Source of the DNA: a virus
Lineage: Duplodnaviria; Caudoviricetes
IMG/VR virus record: IMGVR_UViG_3300037512_001928
Location: 43,218 to 107,217 of that record
Reading direction: 5' to 3' (one strand)
Length of the DNA stretch: 64,000 nt
A program made the translations under genes and the position numbers. Numbering within the stretch: the first letter of the stretch is position 1; every line of letters begins with the position of its first letter. The notes beneath the pieces are model-generated. The model saw only the letters and a list, made by a program, of their open reading frames with translations. It had not been told where the DNA came from and ran no database searches. Positions 22,530 to 33,749 of the stretch are shown here, piece after piece.

Positions 22530-23235
22530 AGGAGGAACACAAATATGAAAATTAAACATTGGATCTGGATGCTGAACGAGGAAAATTACCGCCGGGTCAG
22601 GAATGGTGAAAAGCTTGGATACTTTGGCTGTGTATATATCGGAAGTATCTGCGTTGAGTTTGTTTTCAATGCGGATATGGACGAGCCTCATGTGCTCATA
22701 TTCAACCTCGATGATCCGGAGTATGAGAACAATTATCAGGCACTGGATCTTTCCTTTCCTCTCCGTCGGTCTGTCGCTGGATTTATGAAGCAGCTTGAGA
22801 AGGAATTTGTCAAGCCATATAGCTACGTTCTGTCGGAGTTTATGGAAAAGAACACCTGGCATTATGTGCACACATATCGCCGTGTTAATCAGCCGGTCAC
22901 TGCAGAACACATGATCGTGTGTGATTCATTCAACTCCGCAGCCGATACAATCATGGTTGTCACCGCACTGCCGAATGTCGTGACGCTCGAACTGACGCAC
23001 CGCTCAGATGATCCGGATGATACTCCGGAAAAGATCAAAAAACAGATTTCGTTTAGCGATCCGAGTAACGTTGTCCCCTATTTCTCGATGTGTGTAGAAC
23101 AGACGCTCAGAGAAATTCAGGATTATCTTGACGGCAAAGAGGACTCGGCAACATTGGATAACTACGAGCGTGAATCGCTCTACGCATTTGAACATGTGCT
23201 TGATAAGGTCAGCGATGACAGGTTAGGAGGGAAAA

Positions 23236-23502
23236 ATTACGATTGATCTCCGTACAGCATTTGATGAAGTATCGGTCGACCTGCCGAAGGCCCCGCCGGA
23301 GTTTGGCGATGGAGATCTCTGGTACGATGGATCAGAAATCCTGTGCCGGACAGAAGAGGTTGCGGATCTGATTGCAAACATGATTGAAGATCTCACTGGC
23401 TGTTATGGCGATATTCATACCGGCTATTACAACCCGGAGGATGACGAGCATAGCAACGAGGTTGATGACCACACCGGTTGGTGGTATGTGGACTACGACT
23501 AA
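23236..23502 (+). CDS. Hypothetical acidic protein with probable ATT start
   Basis: AGGAGG-N5-ATT opens an 88-codon frame that fills the gap; absent from the ORF track. Confidence 0.55.
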   Translation: MTIDLRTAFDEVSVDLPKAPPEFGDGDLWYDGSEILCRTEEVADLIANMIEDLTGCYGDIHTGYYNPEDDEHSNEVDDHTGWWYVDYD

Positions 23503-24054
23503 GGAGGATAACATTATGGAAATCAAAAATCATGGCGCAGCCTATGTGATCTATGCCGACAAGGATCGATGTGTGTCGATCTCCCGCAAGGAAATGATGG
23601 AACTGATACGGTACTTCCGGGAAATGGAATGGAGGTGGAATTTCGACAAACTGATCGAAGATATTGGAGACAACTTCTGCTTCACACATCATACAACAGA
23701 CGAACTGATCGAACTGTGCATGGAGGAAACCCGGAAGCGTTGGGAACATTTCGATCTTGAGGGTCCTGAGTATGAAGACATTATGTGGGAAGTTGCCGAA
23801 GATGCCGGTATGACCGAAGACGAAGAGGAGGATGAATAATAATGATGGAAAACTTTGAGACGATGAATCGCACTCTTGAGAACGTTCTGTACTACCTTGG
23901 AGTAAATCACCTCGAGAGCTATAAAAATATTGACGGAATGACCGTCTGGGTTTATCCGAACACCGAAAAGGTTCGGCAGATTGTCGGTTGGTTCCGAGAA
24001 TCCATGGAAAACCATCAGTTTGGGAGGTGATTGGCAGAAAATTTTCGGAATCAT

Positions 24055-24086
24055 GCAACAATGACATGAAAATTGTTCTATATATT
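24055..24086 (+). promoter_or_regulatory. Phage-specific promoter
   Basis: GCAAC-N14-TGTTCTATAT. Confidence 0.7.
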
Positions 24087-25260
24087 GGCAGGAGGTGAAC
24101 CATGGGATGACCAAAGACAACTACGGCTGTTATACCGACCGAAAAGATGCCCGCCACTTTCCCCGTTACGACCAGATAGACAAAGAGGAGCTGATAGAAC
24201 GCTACTACATGGATATAAAGGAAGCAATTAAAGATTGCACCGAAGAATCCATCCGGGCGAGAGGAAAAATCAAGTATTCCATCTGGTGCTGGGTGCGGGA
24301 TGGCGTAGAAATCGTTGAAGCGGAGCGCGGGAACGGCGATCGCCTCCTGCCGAAGCGTCGAAACGGGCAGCAGGTTGTTCACATCGTAGATATCGGCAAT
24401 GCCGGGTTGTATCTGGATGATGCGGACACCCTGGACGATTACGATTTGGCAATCAATCATGAACAGTCGATCACGGAGTATATTGATTCGATCGACTGGG
24501 ACGAAAGGATGGAGGAAATTCTGGGGAATATCTACTTTGAGGGGGTTGATGACTGATGCATGGGATCTGTGTCTACCGGGATTTCATGATCGGACCGAGC
24601 GACATAAAGGATGCGAAGGGAAAGACGCTGTTCAGTATAGGAGGGTTGAAAGCACCGGATCAGGAACCGCTGTTGTATACGCAGAAAGCATGTATCGCCT
24701 ATGTCCGTGAAAAGGTTCCTTTTAAGCCGAGTATGAGGGTGGATCCGTATGGCGGTGTCCATCGGCACAGTGTCGAATGGCACAACCTGATCGAGGACAA
24801 GATCTGTAACGGGGAATACGACGATGACCGACCGGAATCGTGAGATGTGGAGGGATCTGTACCGGTTCTTCGATAAGGCAACGTCCACCAAACCAAATAC
24901 GCCAGAGTGGGAGGATCTGGGAGCGGAAAGCCATCGTATTTGGGATAAGTACAACCGGGCATGGTTCGTCCGGGAAGTGTTGGCACTCACACTCAGCTAT
25001 GCAATCCAACAGAAACTCAAAGGAGGAGAAAAAGATGGTTGATACTGTGATTTGTACGGCGGTAATGGTATTGCTTCTGGTCGTAGCTTTCTATGCCGGG
25101 TTCAGGGTCGCGGATTACTTCGCGAAACGCAGAGAGGAGGCTGTTGCCTATGCGCTGAAGAAGCAGTACGCCAGGCTGATGGCGGGGGTTGATGCTGATT
25201 CGAATGCGATGCCCTATGTCACCCCCGATCAGGAGATTCAGTAAAACAGGGGTCATAATA

Positions 25261-25289
25261 TTGACAGATAAAAAACAATGTGGTACAAT
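25261..25289 (+). promoter_or_regulatory. Sigma-A promoter
   Basis: TTGACA-N17-TACAAT with extended TG. Confidence 0.8.
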
Positions 25290-25316
25290 TGCCACGCATC
25301 GTTAAGGAGGATGCAC

Positions 25317-25493
25317 ATGAACGAGACTTTTGTCACCATGAACGCAAGACTGGAACAGTTCCTCTTCTACCACCGGATCCGGTTCCTTCAGTGCCGGAAG
25401 AACGAGGATATGATGACCGAGTGGGTGTATGAAAGGACGCCCAAGCTTGAACAGGTAGTCAAAGAGTACCGGGAGATCTGGGGAGCCAAGTAA
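25317..25493 (+). CDS. DUF5659-like small protein, paralog of 23842-24030
   Basis: Shared F.TMN..LE..L.Y...KN.D.MT.WVY..T.K pattern. Confidence 0.5.
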   Translation: MNETFVTMNARLEQFLFYHRIRFLQCRKNEDMMTEWVYERTPKLEQVVKEYREIWGAK

Positions 25494-25537
25494 CCCAGAT
25501 CCCTATCAGGAAGCAGGAGACAGAAAGGAGCACACTC

Positions 25538-26464
25538 ATGAACAAGTACCCGATGGTTGACTTCTACGGCGAGTCCCGCAGCGACACGGTTCTGGATTCT
25601 ACGGTCGGAACCACGGTCGAGATTCTGGAACGGATCTTCGATGCACTGACTGCCAACTACGGCGTTACGATCACAGCCCGGAGCATTGAGGGTCTGAACG
25701 GCGAGGTTCTGCAGCGCTGGGTGAACGGGTTTAAGAAAACCCATGCAGTAACGTCCGTCAACCTGTACATTTGCATTCTGAATCCGTTCCTGCGGTGGGC
25801 GCACACGATGACGTACGGCGATGGTGTGCCGTATCTCAAGGCGGAGCTTGGCGGAGTGCTGAAGACGATGAAGCTCCCGGATCCTGACAAGATTCCGGAG
25901 TGGGAACGTCCGAAGAGCAAGTACTATACGGAAGAAGAGGTCAGCACCCTGATGGATGTAAAGTACTCGCACAACAAGGTGCGGGACAAGGCGATCATCG
26001 CTCTGTTTCTCGGTTCCGGCATCCGTGTCAGCGAGCTGTGCAGTCTGACGCTTGGATCCATCCTTGACCGCCAGCGTGGGACGATTTACCTCCGCCGGAA
26101 GGGCGGTGTCTGGAAGGAAACGGAGGTTGCGGACTTCGCGTACGCCTACATCGATGAGTACCTGAAGACCCGCGACCTGAGCGATCACTCCGCTCCCCTC
26201 TTCCTGACCCGCGAAGGTCTGCCGTGTAACCGCAAGCAGATCTACAAGTCGCTGTCGCACATTCAGAAGCGGATGGACGTTGCGACTGGTCCCCATGCGC
26301 TACGCCATACGTTCGTGTCTGCCGCTGAAAAGGCGGGTGGCGGAGCTGTTGCCCGTGATCTCGCGAACCACAAGTCGATGACGATCACGAACCGGTACGA
26401 CCATTCCAACCGGGAACAGCGGATCGCGGCTGTGAACAGTCTTCCCTGGGCGATCAGCCGTTAA
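25538..26464 (+). CDS. Tyrosine recombinase 1 (XerC/D-like)
   Basis: GIRVSE, HALRH, LANH, NRY catalytic set. Confidence 0.9.
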   Translation: MNKYPMVDFYGESRSDTVLDSTVGTTVEILERIFDALTANYGVTITARSIEGLNGEVLQRWVNGFKKTHAVTSVNLYICILNPFLRWAHTMTYGDGVPYLKAELGGVLKTMKLPDPDKIPEWERPKSKYYTEEEVSTLMDVKYSHNKVRDKAIIALFLGSGIRVSELCSLTLGSILDRQRGTIYLRRKGGVWKETEVADFAYAYIDEYLKTRDLSDHSAPLFLTREGLPCNRKQIYKSLSHIQKRMDVATGPHALRHTFVSAAEKAGGGAVARDLANHKSMTITNRYDHSNREQRIAAVNSLPWAISR

Positions 26465-26562
26465 TCCCGACCTTGACAACTGAATAGCCAAACAAAAGCA
26501 CGATTATCACAAACACAGCAAGCGAAAGTCACACAAACTTTCCGCTTCTGTGTTTTTTATGT

Positions 26563-26593
26563 GCAACTTTTGGCGAAAAATGTTCTTTATATT
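26563..26593 (+). promoter_or_regulatory. Phage-specific promoter for the replication operon
   Basis: GCAAC-N13-TGTTCTTTAT, just after a terminator hairpin (26511-26558). Confidence 0.65.
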
Positions 26594-26632
26594 AATTGTA
26601 GGGTATTTTTAACTGACTATAAGGAGGTTCAG

Positions 26633-27640
26633 ATGGCTTTACAGATTAAAAAGGCAACCCGGAATGCTGTGTATGTCAAAATCGGTATGATGGGTATCTC
26701 CGGGAGCGGGAAAACTATGTCGGCGCTACTGATGGGCTACGGTTTGCTGAAAGCGGCGCATCCCAACCTGACGGACGAGCAGGTGTGGGAAAAAATCCTC
26801 GTCATTGACACGGAAAACGGCTCTGCAAGCCTGTATGCCGGGCTGACGGTCGGGTCTACGAGGATCGGCGAGTTCCTGACGATCGATGTGGAAGCTCCGT
26901 TCACGGTGGAGAAGTACATCGAGGCGATCAACGCCGCCGAAGCCAACGGTGTGGAGTTCCTGATTATCGATTCCATGTCCCATGCATGGCAGAGCGAGGG
27001 AGGGCTTCTCGACAAGCAGAACGCGGTGTCCCGGAGGATGAACGGGCAGACGTATCAGGCATGGCGTGAGATCACTCCACTGTACAATCAGCTGATCGAC
27101 AGGATTCTTCAGTGTAAGATGCATGTGGTCAGCACCTACCGTGGCAAAAAGGAATACGCACTGGAGGACGGGGACAACGGCAAGAAGAAGGTCACCGCGA
27201 AGGGGGTCGGCGCTCAGTTCCGCGAGGGCGCTGACTATGAGTCGACCGTCTACTTCGAGATTGCGCAGGATCATATGGCGTTTGCCAGTAAAGACCGTAC
27301 GCATCTCTTCGATGGGCAGTACTTCCTGATCAGCCCGGAAACCGGACGCCAGCTGTATGCGTGGCTCTCCTCTGCCGATCAGGCTCCGGCGCAGGTAGTC
27401 AAGGCTGTCGAGTCCGCGCCTGTCGTAGCTCCGGCTCCCGAACCGGACGAACCGAATGCAGAGCTTGCCAACGCGATTGCGATGGTGGATCGCATCATTA
27501 AGGAAAAGACCAAGGATATGACAGTCGAGGAAAAGGCGGAAGTTTCCAACCGGATCAAGGATATCTGCGGGAAGAAGAACTACAAGAATGTCACGGAGAT
27601 CGAGAAGCTCCGCGAACTGTACAAGGCTTTCGCGAATTAA
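26633..27640 (+). CDS. Sak4-like AAA ATPase (recombination)
   Basis: GISGSGKT, VIDTE, IIDSMSHAW; precedes ssb. Confidence 0.85.
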   Translation: MALQIKKATRNAVYVKIGMMGISGSGKTMSALLMGYGLLKAAHPNLTDEQVWEKILVIDTENGSASLYAGLTVGSTRIGEFLTIDVEAPFTVEKYIEAINAAEANGVEFLIIDSMSHAWQSEGGLLDKQNAVSRRMNGQTYQAWREITPLYNQLIDRILQCKMHVVSTYRGKKEYALEDGDNGKKKVTAKGVGAQFREGADYESTVYFEIAQDHMAFASKDRTHLFDGQYFLISPETGRQLYAWLSSADQAPAQVVKAVESAPVVAPAPEPDEPNAELANAIAMVDRIIKEKTKDMTVEEKAEVSNRIKDICGKKNYKNVTEIEKLRELYKAFAN

Positions 27641-27652
27641 GGAGGATGCTGG

Positions 27653-28168
27653 ATGATTAACAAACTGATGACGGTCGGACGTCTGGTGGCGGATCCGACC
27701 ATGACGAGCCGCCAGGACGGCTCCCAGATCTGCAAATTCCGTGTTGCTTCCAATAATAAGCACCGGAATGATGACAACACGTTCGGAACAAACTGGTACA
27801 ACTGCTCCGCATGGGGAAAGACCGGCGAGAATATCGCGAAGTTCTTCCATAAGGGAGACAAGATCGTGCTTGAAGGGGACCTGACCATCCGGGACTACAC
27901 GGACAAGAATGGTCAGCTCCGCACGAGCATTGACGTGGACGTCCGTGACTTCGAGTTTGCCAGTTCCAGCGGCGGCAATCAGCAGGGACAGGCTCAGGCT
28001 CCGGTCGTGCAGACTGCTCCGGCGGTGCAGTATCAGGCGGCTCCGGCTCAGGCTGCATACGCTCCGCCTCCTGCATCGGCAGCTTATGTACCGCAGACAC
28101 AGGTTGCTTACGCGCCTCCGGCTCCGATACAGTCCACTCCTCTGGGAGACGATGACGTGCCGTTCTAA
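27653..28168 (+). CDS. ssb: Single-stranded DNA-binding protein
   Basis: NKLMTVGRLVADP; acidic DDDVPF tail. Confidence 0.95.
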   Translation: MINKLMTVGRLVADPTMTSRQDGSQICKFRVASNNKHRNDDNTFGTNWYNCSAWGKTGENIAKFFHKGDKIVLEGDLTIRDYTDKNGQLRTSIDVDVRDFEFASSSGGNQQGQAQAPVVQTAPAVQYQAAPAQAAYAPPPASAAYVPQTQVAYAPPAPIQSTPLGDDDVPF

Positions 28169-28253
28169 TTAACTTCATATTCAGGAAAGCACACATTCAA
28201 AATTTACAGGAGACAAATGCTTTCCTCCGATAATTTACAAAGGAGGAAGCATC

Positions 28254-28883
28254 ATGACACTCACACCCGCAGAAGAAGGAAGACTCGTATCCCAGTACGC
28301 GGCTGAACTGCGCCGTATCTCGATGCCGCTGTACCGTACGTACCGGAACAAGTACGGAGTCGGCGTCACGTTCGACGATGTATATCAGGAAGTCCTGATC
28401 GAGTTCCTGTATCACATCCGGAACATCGAATCGGAGGATCAGATCTATCCCCTGCCCTATTTTAAGTTCAGGCTGGCGGTATGTCGTATCATCATGCGCA
28501 GTCTGCCCGTGACGGTACCGATCCGGACAACGGATTTCTCCAAACGCATCCGCGAGTACAGCACATGCTGTTCGATCGACGATATGATTGAGCGCGGGTA
28601 TGATTTCAGCGGCGGAATTGACAGAACGTACTCCGAAGTGAATGAGCGCGTGTCGTTTCAGAAGTTTCTGGACGAATGTTCGTACAATGATGCCAATATT
28701 CTGATTGCCTACAGGGATCTGGGCAATATGGCTGAAGTTGGCAAGCGTCTGAACATCAATAAGTCGACAGTGAGCCGTACAATCGAGCGTTTGAAGAAAA
28801 AATATCTCGCAGATTGCCGGAAAATGCAGAAAAACAGTATATCGAGGAGGAAAGAAGATGAATTTTATGGAAGCAATGGGTGA
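28254..28883 (+). CDS. Phage sigma-70-like factor
   Basis: FDDVYQE (region 2-like); region 4 HTH MAEVGKRLNINKSTVSRTIERLKKK. Confidence 0.65.
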   Translation: MTLTPAEEGRLVSQYAAELRRISMPLYRTYRNKYGVGVTFDDVYQEVLIEFLYHIRNIESEDQIYPLPYFKFRLAVCRIIMRSLPVTVPIRTTDFSKRIREYSTCCSIDDMIERGYDFSGGIDRTYSEVNERVSFQKFLDECSYNDANILIAYRDLGNMAEVGKRLNINKSTVSRTIERLKKKYLADCRKMQKNSISRRKEDEFYGSNG

Positions 28884-30384
28884 AGAGCTGGTTCGTGGCA
28901 AAAATAATGTTTCCGTCACGGAAAACGGCGCTGTGGGGTACCGTACGACCGGAAAAGCGCTGTTGGATCTGAATTATGCAGTGTCCAGCCTCCGGAATGC
29001 GCCGGAAGAAAAGATTATGACCATGTTTTCCAACGCCTGTGTAGAAAATCCGGACTTGGCGATGCTCTGGCTGTTCATGGCGAGAGATCCGCGGGGCGGC
29101 ATGGGTGAAAGGCGGCTTTTCCGCGTCTGTTTCGCCTATCTGATGCGGAATTTCCCGGAAAAGGCTGAAAAACTGGTTCCCCTGATCCCGGAATTCGGTC
29201 GCTGGGACGATGTGATTGACATGTACTTCGCCTGCAATGACGAGCAGCTGAAAAAGAGCATCTTCGCTGTGATTTTTGATCAGCTGAACGATGATACGAG
29301 CAACATGATTGCAAATAAGCCCATCAGCTGTCTCGCGAAGTGGCTCCCGTCTGAAAATACGTCCTCCATGAAGAGCCGGAATCAGGCGAGAGCGATAATC
29401 AAGACGATTCATACGAATCCGAGGCAGTATCGCAAGCTTCTCTCTGCGCTCCGTGGCTATATCGATGTTGTAGAGCGCAAAATGTCCGCCGGAAACTGGG
29501 ATAAGATCAGGTACAGCGCCGTTCCGTCCCGCGCCAACCTGATTTACAAGGATGCTTTCCTGAAGCATGACCGGGAACGGCGCGAAGAGTTCCTGGAATC
29601 GCTGAAATCCGGCGAAACCAAGATCAATGCGTCAACGCTGTACCCGCATGAGATCGTTGCAAAGTATACGAACGACTACAGGACTAGGCTGAAGCTTGAC
29701 GATACCCTTGAGGGACTTTGGAATCATCTGCCGGATGCGTTTAAGGACAATCCTGAGATCATGGTCGTTGCGGACGGCTCCGGATCCATGACATGGGCGC
29801 GTCTTGGTGAGCATACAACGCCTCTGCATGTGGCGAACGCGCTTGCGATTTACTTTGCCGAGCGTCTTGCCCCGCCGTATAAGAATCAGTATATCACCTT
29901 CTCCTCCTCCCCGCAGTTTGTCAGGTTCCCGGATGGTGCGACGCTGCGTGACAGGATCGCGATCGCGCTGGAACACTGCGAGTGCTCGAATACCAATCTC
30001 AAAAAGGTCTTCGATCTCGTTCTGGCTACGGCGAAGATGAACCATGCGAAGCAGGAAGACCTGCCAAAGACAATCCTCGTGATCTCTGATGGCGAGTTTG
30101 ACGAGATGAACGACCGTGCCCTGAATGAGAAGAGCTTCGATGTGATCCGCCGCGAATACAACAACGCCGGGTATCAGATTCCGAAGCTGGCTTTCTGGAA
30201 TGTGGCATCCCGTACGATGACGATTCCGGTGATTGAGAATCCGATGGGCGTATCGCTGATCTCCGGCTACTCCCCCACCGTCATCCGGATGGTGCTTTCT
30301 GGCAAGCTCGACCCCTACGAGGCGATGGTATCCATGCTGATGGAAGACAGGTATCGCCCCGTCCGCGAGGCGCTTGAATGCTGA
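28858..30384 (+). CDS. DUF2828 family protein (helical domain plus vWA; Ro60/TROVE-like architecture)
   Basis: TENGA, RDPRGGMGER, GRWDD, AKWLPSE, DGSGSM (MIDAS), ISDGEFD, FWNV. Confidence 0.85.
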   Translation: MNFMEAMGEELVRGKNNVSVTENGAVGYRTTGKALLDLNYAVSSLRNAPEEKIMTMFSNACVENPDLAMLWLFMARDPRGGMGERRLFRVCFAYLMRNFPEKAEKLVPLIPEFGRWDDVIDMYFACNDEQLKKSIFAVIFDQLNDDTSNMIANKPISCLAKWLPSENTSSMKSRNQARAIIKTIHTNPRQYRKLLSALRGYIDVVERKMSAGNWDKIRYSAVPSRANLIYKDAFLKHDRERREEFLESLKSGETKINASTLYPHEIVAKYTNDYRTRLKLDDTLEGLWNHLPDAFKDNPEIMVVADGSGSMTWARLGEHTTPLHVANALAIYFAERLAPPYKNQYITFSSSPQFVRFPDGATLRDRIAIALEHCECSNTNLKKVFDLVLATAKMNHAKQEDLPKTILVISDGEFDEMNDRALNEKSFDVIRREYNNAGYQIPKLAFWNVASRTMTIPVIENPMGVSLISGYSPTVIRMVLSGKLDPYEAMVSMLMEDRYRPVREALEC

Positions 30385-32246
30385 CCGATCAGGCAAGGGA
30401 TCTGATGCTTCAGTTTGCGGATGCGCATCTCGCTCCGTACAAACTGAAGTCAGGTTCCGGCGGTGAAAAGATTATCCCGCAGCTTTGTCCGTACTGTCAT
30501 GGCGGTTCCTCTGGCAAGGATACGAACACGTTCGCGCTCTCGATTGATAAGGGCGTGTTCGTATGCAAGCGCGGGTCGTGCGGGCGGCATGGTCGTTTTG
30601 AGACGCTGGCGAAGGAGATTGCCGGTGAAACGGTACATCTCCCGTCAGACGGCTCTCAGAAACGTTCGGCTCATATCGACGCTGAACCGAGCTATGTGCT
30701 CCCCGTTGTATCCACGCACCCGCCGACTCCGCAGATCTATGAGTACTTCCAGAAGCGCGGCATCTCGCAGGAAACGGTCGACTATTTTCGGATCGCCTCA
30801 TCCGATGACGGGATGATTGTATTTCCATTCTACGATCACAGCGTATTGACGTATGTCAAGTTCCGCCGTCCATGGAAGCCGACTCCGGAGGAGCTTCGCC
30901 TGAAGGGCAAGGAATGGCAGGTATCGAACACGAGGCAGATCCTGTTTAACCTTGACAGCATCGATTACTCCCAGCCCGTGTATCTGACGGAGGGAATGAT
31001 TGATGCGATGGCACTGTATCAGGTCGGGATCCATAATGTTGTGTCGGTGCCCAGCGGCTGTGATAACATGAACTGGATTCAGAACTGCTGGGACACGCTT
31101 GAAAAGATCAAACAGTTTATCCTTTTCGGCGATGCTGATGCGCCCGGGCAGCGCATGATTCAGGAGCTGACGAAGCGGCTCGGCGAGTATCGGTGCAAGG
31201 TGATCACTCAGTACCCGGATAACCCGAAGCAACCCGGTGTGAAATGCAAGGATGCCGATGAGATTCTGGTCAGGCTCGGCGAGTTTGAGCTTCTGGATAC
31301 GGTGGAATCTGCCGAGGATGTTGAGGTTAAAGGGCTGATTGATATCGGGGATATCGAACCCGTGGATACGACAACGCTCCCGAGGATTAGTACCAAAATT
31401 CCAAGGCTGGATGAGTGTATCGGCGGTCTGATGGAAGGCTCCGTCCTGCTGATCTCCGGGGCAAGCGGTCGGGGCAAGAGCACCTTTGCATCGCAGTTGC
31501 TCCTGTCCGCTGTTCAGGCGGGGCATATCTGCTGTGCATACTCAGGCGAACTGCCCAAGGAAAAGTTCTGTCTGTGGATGTATTATCAGGCGGCGGGTTA
31601 TCAGTACATCGGGCTGAAGTACGACAAATTCTACGGTCATGAAGTGCCTCATCTGGATGGTAAGATTTGTAAACGGATTCAGCAGTGGCTGAAGCACAAA
31701 GTGTATATCTATGATAACAAACTGCTCTGTGATAAAAGCCGTGCTGAATCAATTCTTGAATTGTTTACGGTAGCGGTCAAGAAGAATAATTGTTCTGTCT
31801 TCCTCTGCGACAACCTGATGACTGCCCTGAGCGATGACGATGAAGAGCTGAAAGCGCAGACAAGGTTTATCAATGAGCTGAAAAGCTTTGCCGAGAAGTA
31901 CAGTGTGACGGTATTGTGTGTGGCTCATCCCCGTAAGCTTCGTACAGGGGATAAGATTGGTCTCTGGGATGTGGCGGGGTCAGCGAATATTGTGAACATC
32001 GCTGATGCCGCGATTGTGATTGAGCGTCCAGATATTCGCGTGATCAAGTCGCGGGAAAACGGACGCGAAACGCTGATATCCTGTTGTTATGAACCGTGTG
32101 CCCGGCGAATCTATCAGGCTGATGTCGGGGACAAAAATAACTTTGGCTGGAATCGTGAAGGGGTTGAGAAACCGGCGGTGCTGGCTGACACTCTTCCCGA
32201 ATATCAGGTACAGCTTGGCGATAATAATGGCGCGGCTCCATTCTAA
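30378..32246 (+). CDS. Primase-helicase (T7 gp4/Twinkle type)
   Basis: CPYC zinc finger, TOPRIM TEGMID/DADAPG, Walker A GASGRGKS, VAHPRK. Confidence 0.9.
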   Translation: MLTDQARDLMLQFADAHLAPYKLKSGSGGEKIIPQLCPYCHGGSSGKDTNTFALSIDKGVFVCKRGSCGRHGRFETLAKEIAGETVHLPSDGSQKRSAHIDAEPSYVLPVVSTHPPTPQIYEYFQKRGISQETVDYFRIASSDDGMIVFPFYDHSVLTYVKFRRPWKPTPEELRLKGKEWQVSNTRQILFNLDSIDYSQPVYLTEGMIDAMALYQVGIHNVVSVPSGCDNMNWIQNCWDTLEKIKQFILFGDADAPGQRMIQELTKRLGEYRCKVITQYPDNPKQPGVKCKDADEILVRLGEFELLDTVESAEDVEVKGLIDIGDIEPVDTTTLPRISTKIPRLDECIGGLMEGSVLLISGASGRGKSTFASQLLLSAVQAGHICCAYSGELPKEKFCLWMYYQAAGYQYIGLKYDKFYGHEVPHLDGKICKRIQQWLKHKVYIYDNKLLCDKSRAESILELFTVAVKKNNCSVFLCDNLMTALSDDDEELKAQTRFINELKSFAEKYSVTVLCVAHPRKLRTGDKIGLWDVAGSANIVNIADAAIVIERPDIRVIKSRENGRETLISCCYEPCARRIYQADVGDKNNFGWNREGVEKPAVLADTLPEYQVQLGDNNGAAPF

Positions 32247-32266
32247 GCCGTAGAAAGGATTGAATT

Positions 32267-32956
32267 ATGCCGGATAAGAAATTGGATGAGATTCTGAAGT
32301 TCCTTGGCAGTATCCCCGGAGTCGAGATTGAGAGCGTGACTGAGATTCCTGCTCAGACAAAGCCCGCAGCGGCTTTTGATCCGAAGAAAATCCTCCGCAG
32401 TGAGATGACGAATCTGTCGTTCGATGATCTGAAAAAGGTCCCTGAAACGATCGACGTTCCGTTCAATGATCCCGTAGCCTATTCGGTTCCGCTGGTAGAC
32501 AGGGTGGTTTTCTCGGGTCCCGCGACTACGATCATCTGGTCGGACGGACAGAAGACTACGGTCAAGTGTTCCGAAGGTCAGGAGTACGATCGCTATGCCG
32601 GGTTCTGCGCCGCTGTCTGCAAGCGCCTGTTTGGCTCTACGCTTGAAGCGAAGAAGATTCTGGACAACCATGATACGCACGTACTTGCGGCGCGTCTTGA
32701 TAATATCAGGATCAAACGCCGTATCGCCGAGGAAGCCCGTCAGGCTCGTGCGCGTCTGAAGAAATCCCGCCTGAAGGAAATGTCCTATGCTGAATTCAGC
32801 AAGCAGGTAAACGAGCGGGTGATTGATGCGATGATTCAGCGGGCGGCGGATGAGAAGCTGAAGCTGATTGATGCCGATATGAATATCAAAGCTACGACTG
32901 ACGAGATCATGAAAGCGATGCAGGAAAAGGAGCAGAAGGATGTGCCGGATACCTGA
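32267..32956 (+). CDS. Conserved phage hypothetical protein
   Basis: GPATTIIWSDGQKTTVKC..YDRYAGF motif. Confidence 0.7.
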   Translation: MPDKKLDEILKFLGSIPGVEIESVTEIPAQTKPAAAFDPKKILRSEMTNLSFDDLKKVPETIDVPFNDPVAYSVPLVDRVVFSGPATTIIWSDGQKTTVKCSEGQEYDRYAGFCAAVCKRLFGSTLEAKKILDNHDTHVLAARLDNIRIKRRIAEEARQARARLKKSRLKEMSYAEFSKQVNERVIDAMIQRAADEKLKLIDADMNIKATTDEIMKAMQEKEQKDVPDT

Positions 32957-33749
32957 GGGATTTACATGGAGCTTCAGTCGGATCTCGACCTTTGATCAGT
33001 GTCCGATGAGTTTCAAGCTGATTTATCTGGACGAGGTGGATCAGCGCAATAATCCCTTTGCTGAGTATGGTACGCTGTGCCATTCCTGCCTTGAACATTA
33101 TATGAAGGGTAAAACGCCGGTCTTCGCGCTGGCTGAGGAATACGAAGAACGATATGATGAGGAGGTCACAGGGATGTGGCCTCCTTTCCCTGTCGGGCTT
33201 GGCGGCAAGTATTTTCAGCAGGGGCTTGATTTCTTTTCATCGTGGGAAGGAATCGATGAGGATAAGTACGAGATCGTCGACAGCGAAAAAGATTTTGTCG
33301 TGGATGTTGGCGGGTATCCTGTTGTGGGTGTGATCGATGCTGTTCTCCGTAACAAAGAAACGGGTAGGCTTGTCGTGTGGGACTGGAAGTCGAAGAGCAG
33401 TACACAGATGAAGAAGGATCTGAGCGAGTATATTCACCAGCTTTACATCTATGCGATGGGGTGCTACAAACTCTACGGCGAGTATCCTGAGAGTTTATCT
33501 TTTTATCTTTTCCGCGAAGATAAAATGGTAACCGAACACTTTTCCGAAGATGGTTTGCAGGAGACAAAGGACTGGATTGTATCGACCATCAAAAAGATTG
33601 AGGCATCGTCCGAGTATGTGGTTTCCCCTTCCGGGTATTTCTGTAAGTTTATCTGTTCCGTCTCTGATCACTGCGATGCGCTGGATGCGATTATCGCCGC
33701 CGAGCTTGAAAAGAAACGCCAGAAGGAGGCAATGCAGAATGGCTGTTGA
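32940..33749 (+). CDS. PD-(D/E)XK exonuclease (RecB/Cas4-like)
   Basis: SFSRI..CP, GVIDAV, DWKS, QLYIY, C-terminal Cys cluster. Confidence 0.85.
   Translation: MCRIPEGFTWSFSRISTFDQCPMSFKLIYLDEVDQRNNPFAEYGTLCHSCLEHYMKGKTPVFALAEEYEERYDEEVTGMWPPFPVGLGGKYFQQGLDFFSSWEGIDEDKYEIVDSEKDFVVDVGGYPVVGVIDAVLRNKETGRLVVWDWKSKSSTQMKKDLSEYIHQLYIYAMGCYKLYGEYPESLSFYLFREDKMVTEHFSEDGLQETKDWIVSTIKKIEASSEYVVSPSGYFCKFICSVSDHCDALDAIIAAELEKKRQKEAMQNGC

Larger units (their letters stand above)
12584..25244 (+). other. Early region of about 40 short, mostly hypothetical genes
   Basis: Densely packed, co-oriented ORFs with GGAGG RBSs. Confidence 0.8.
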
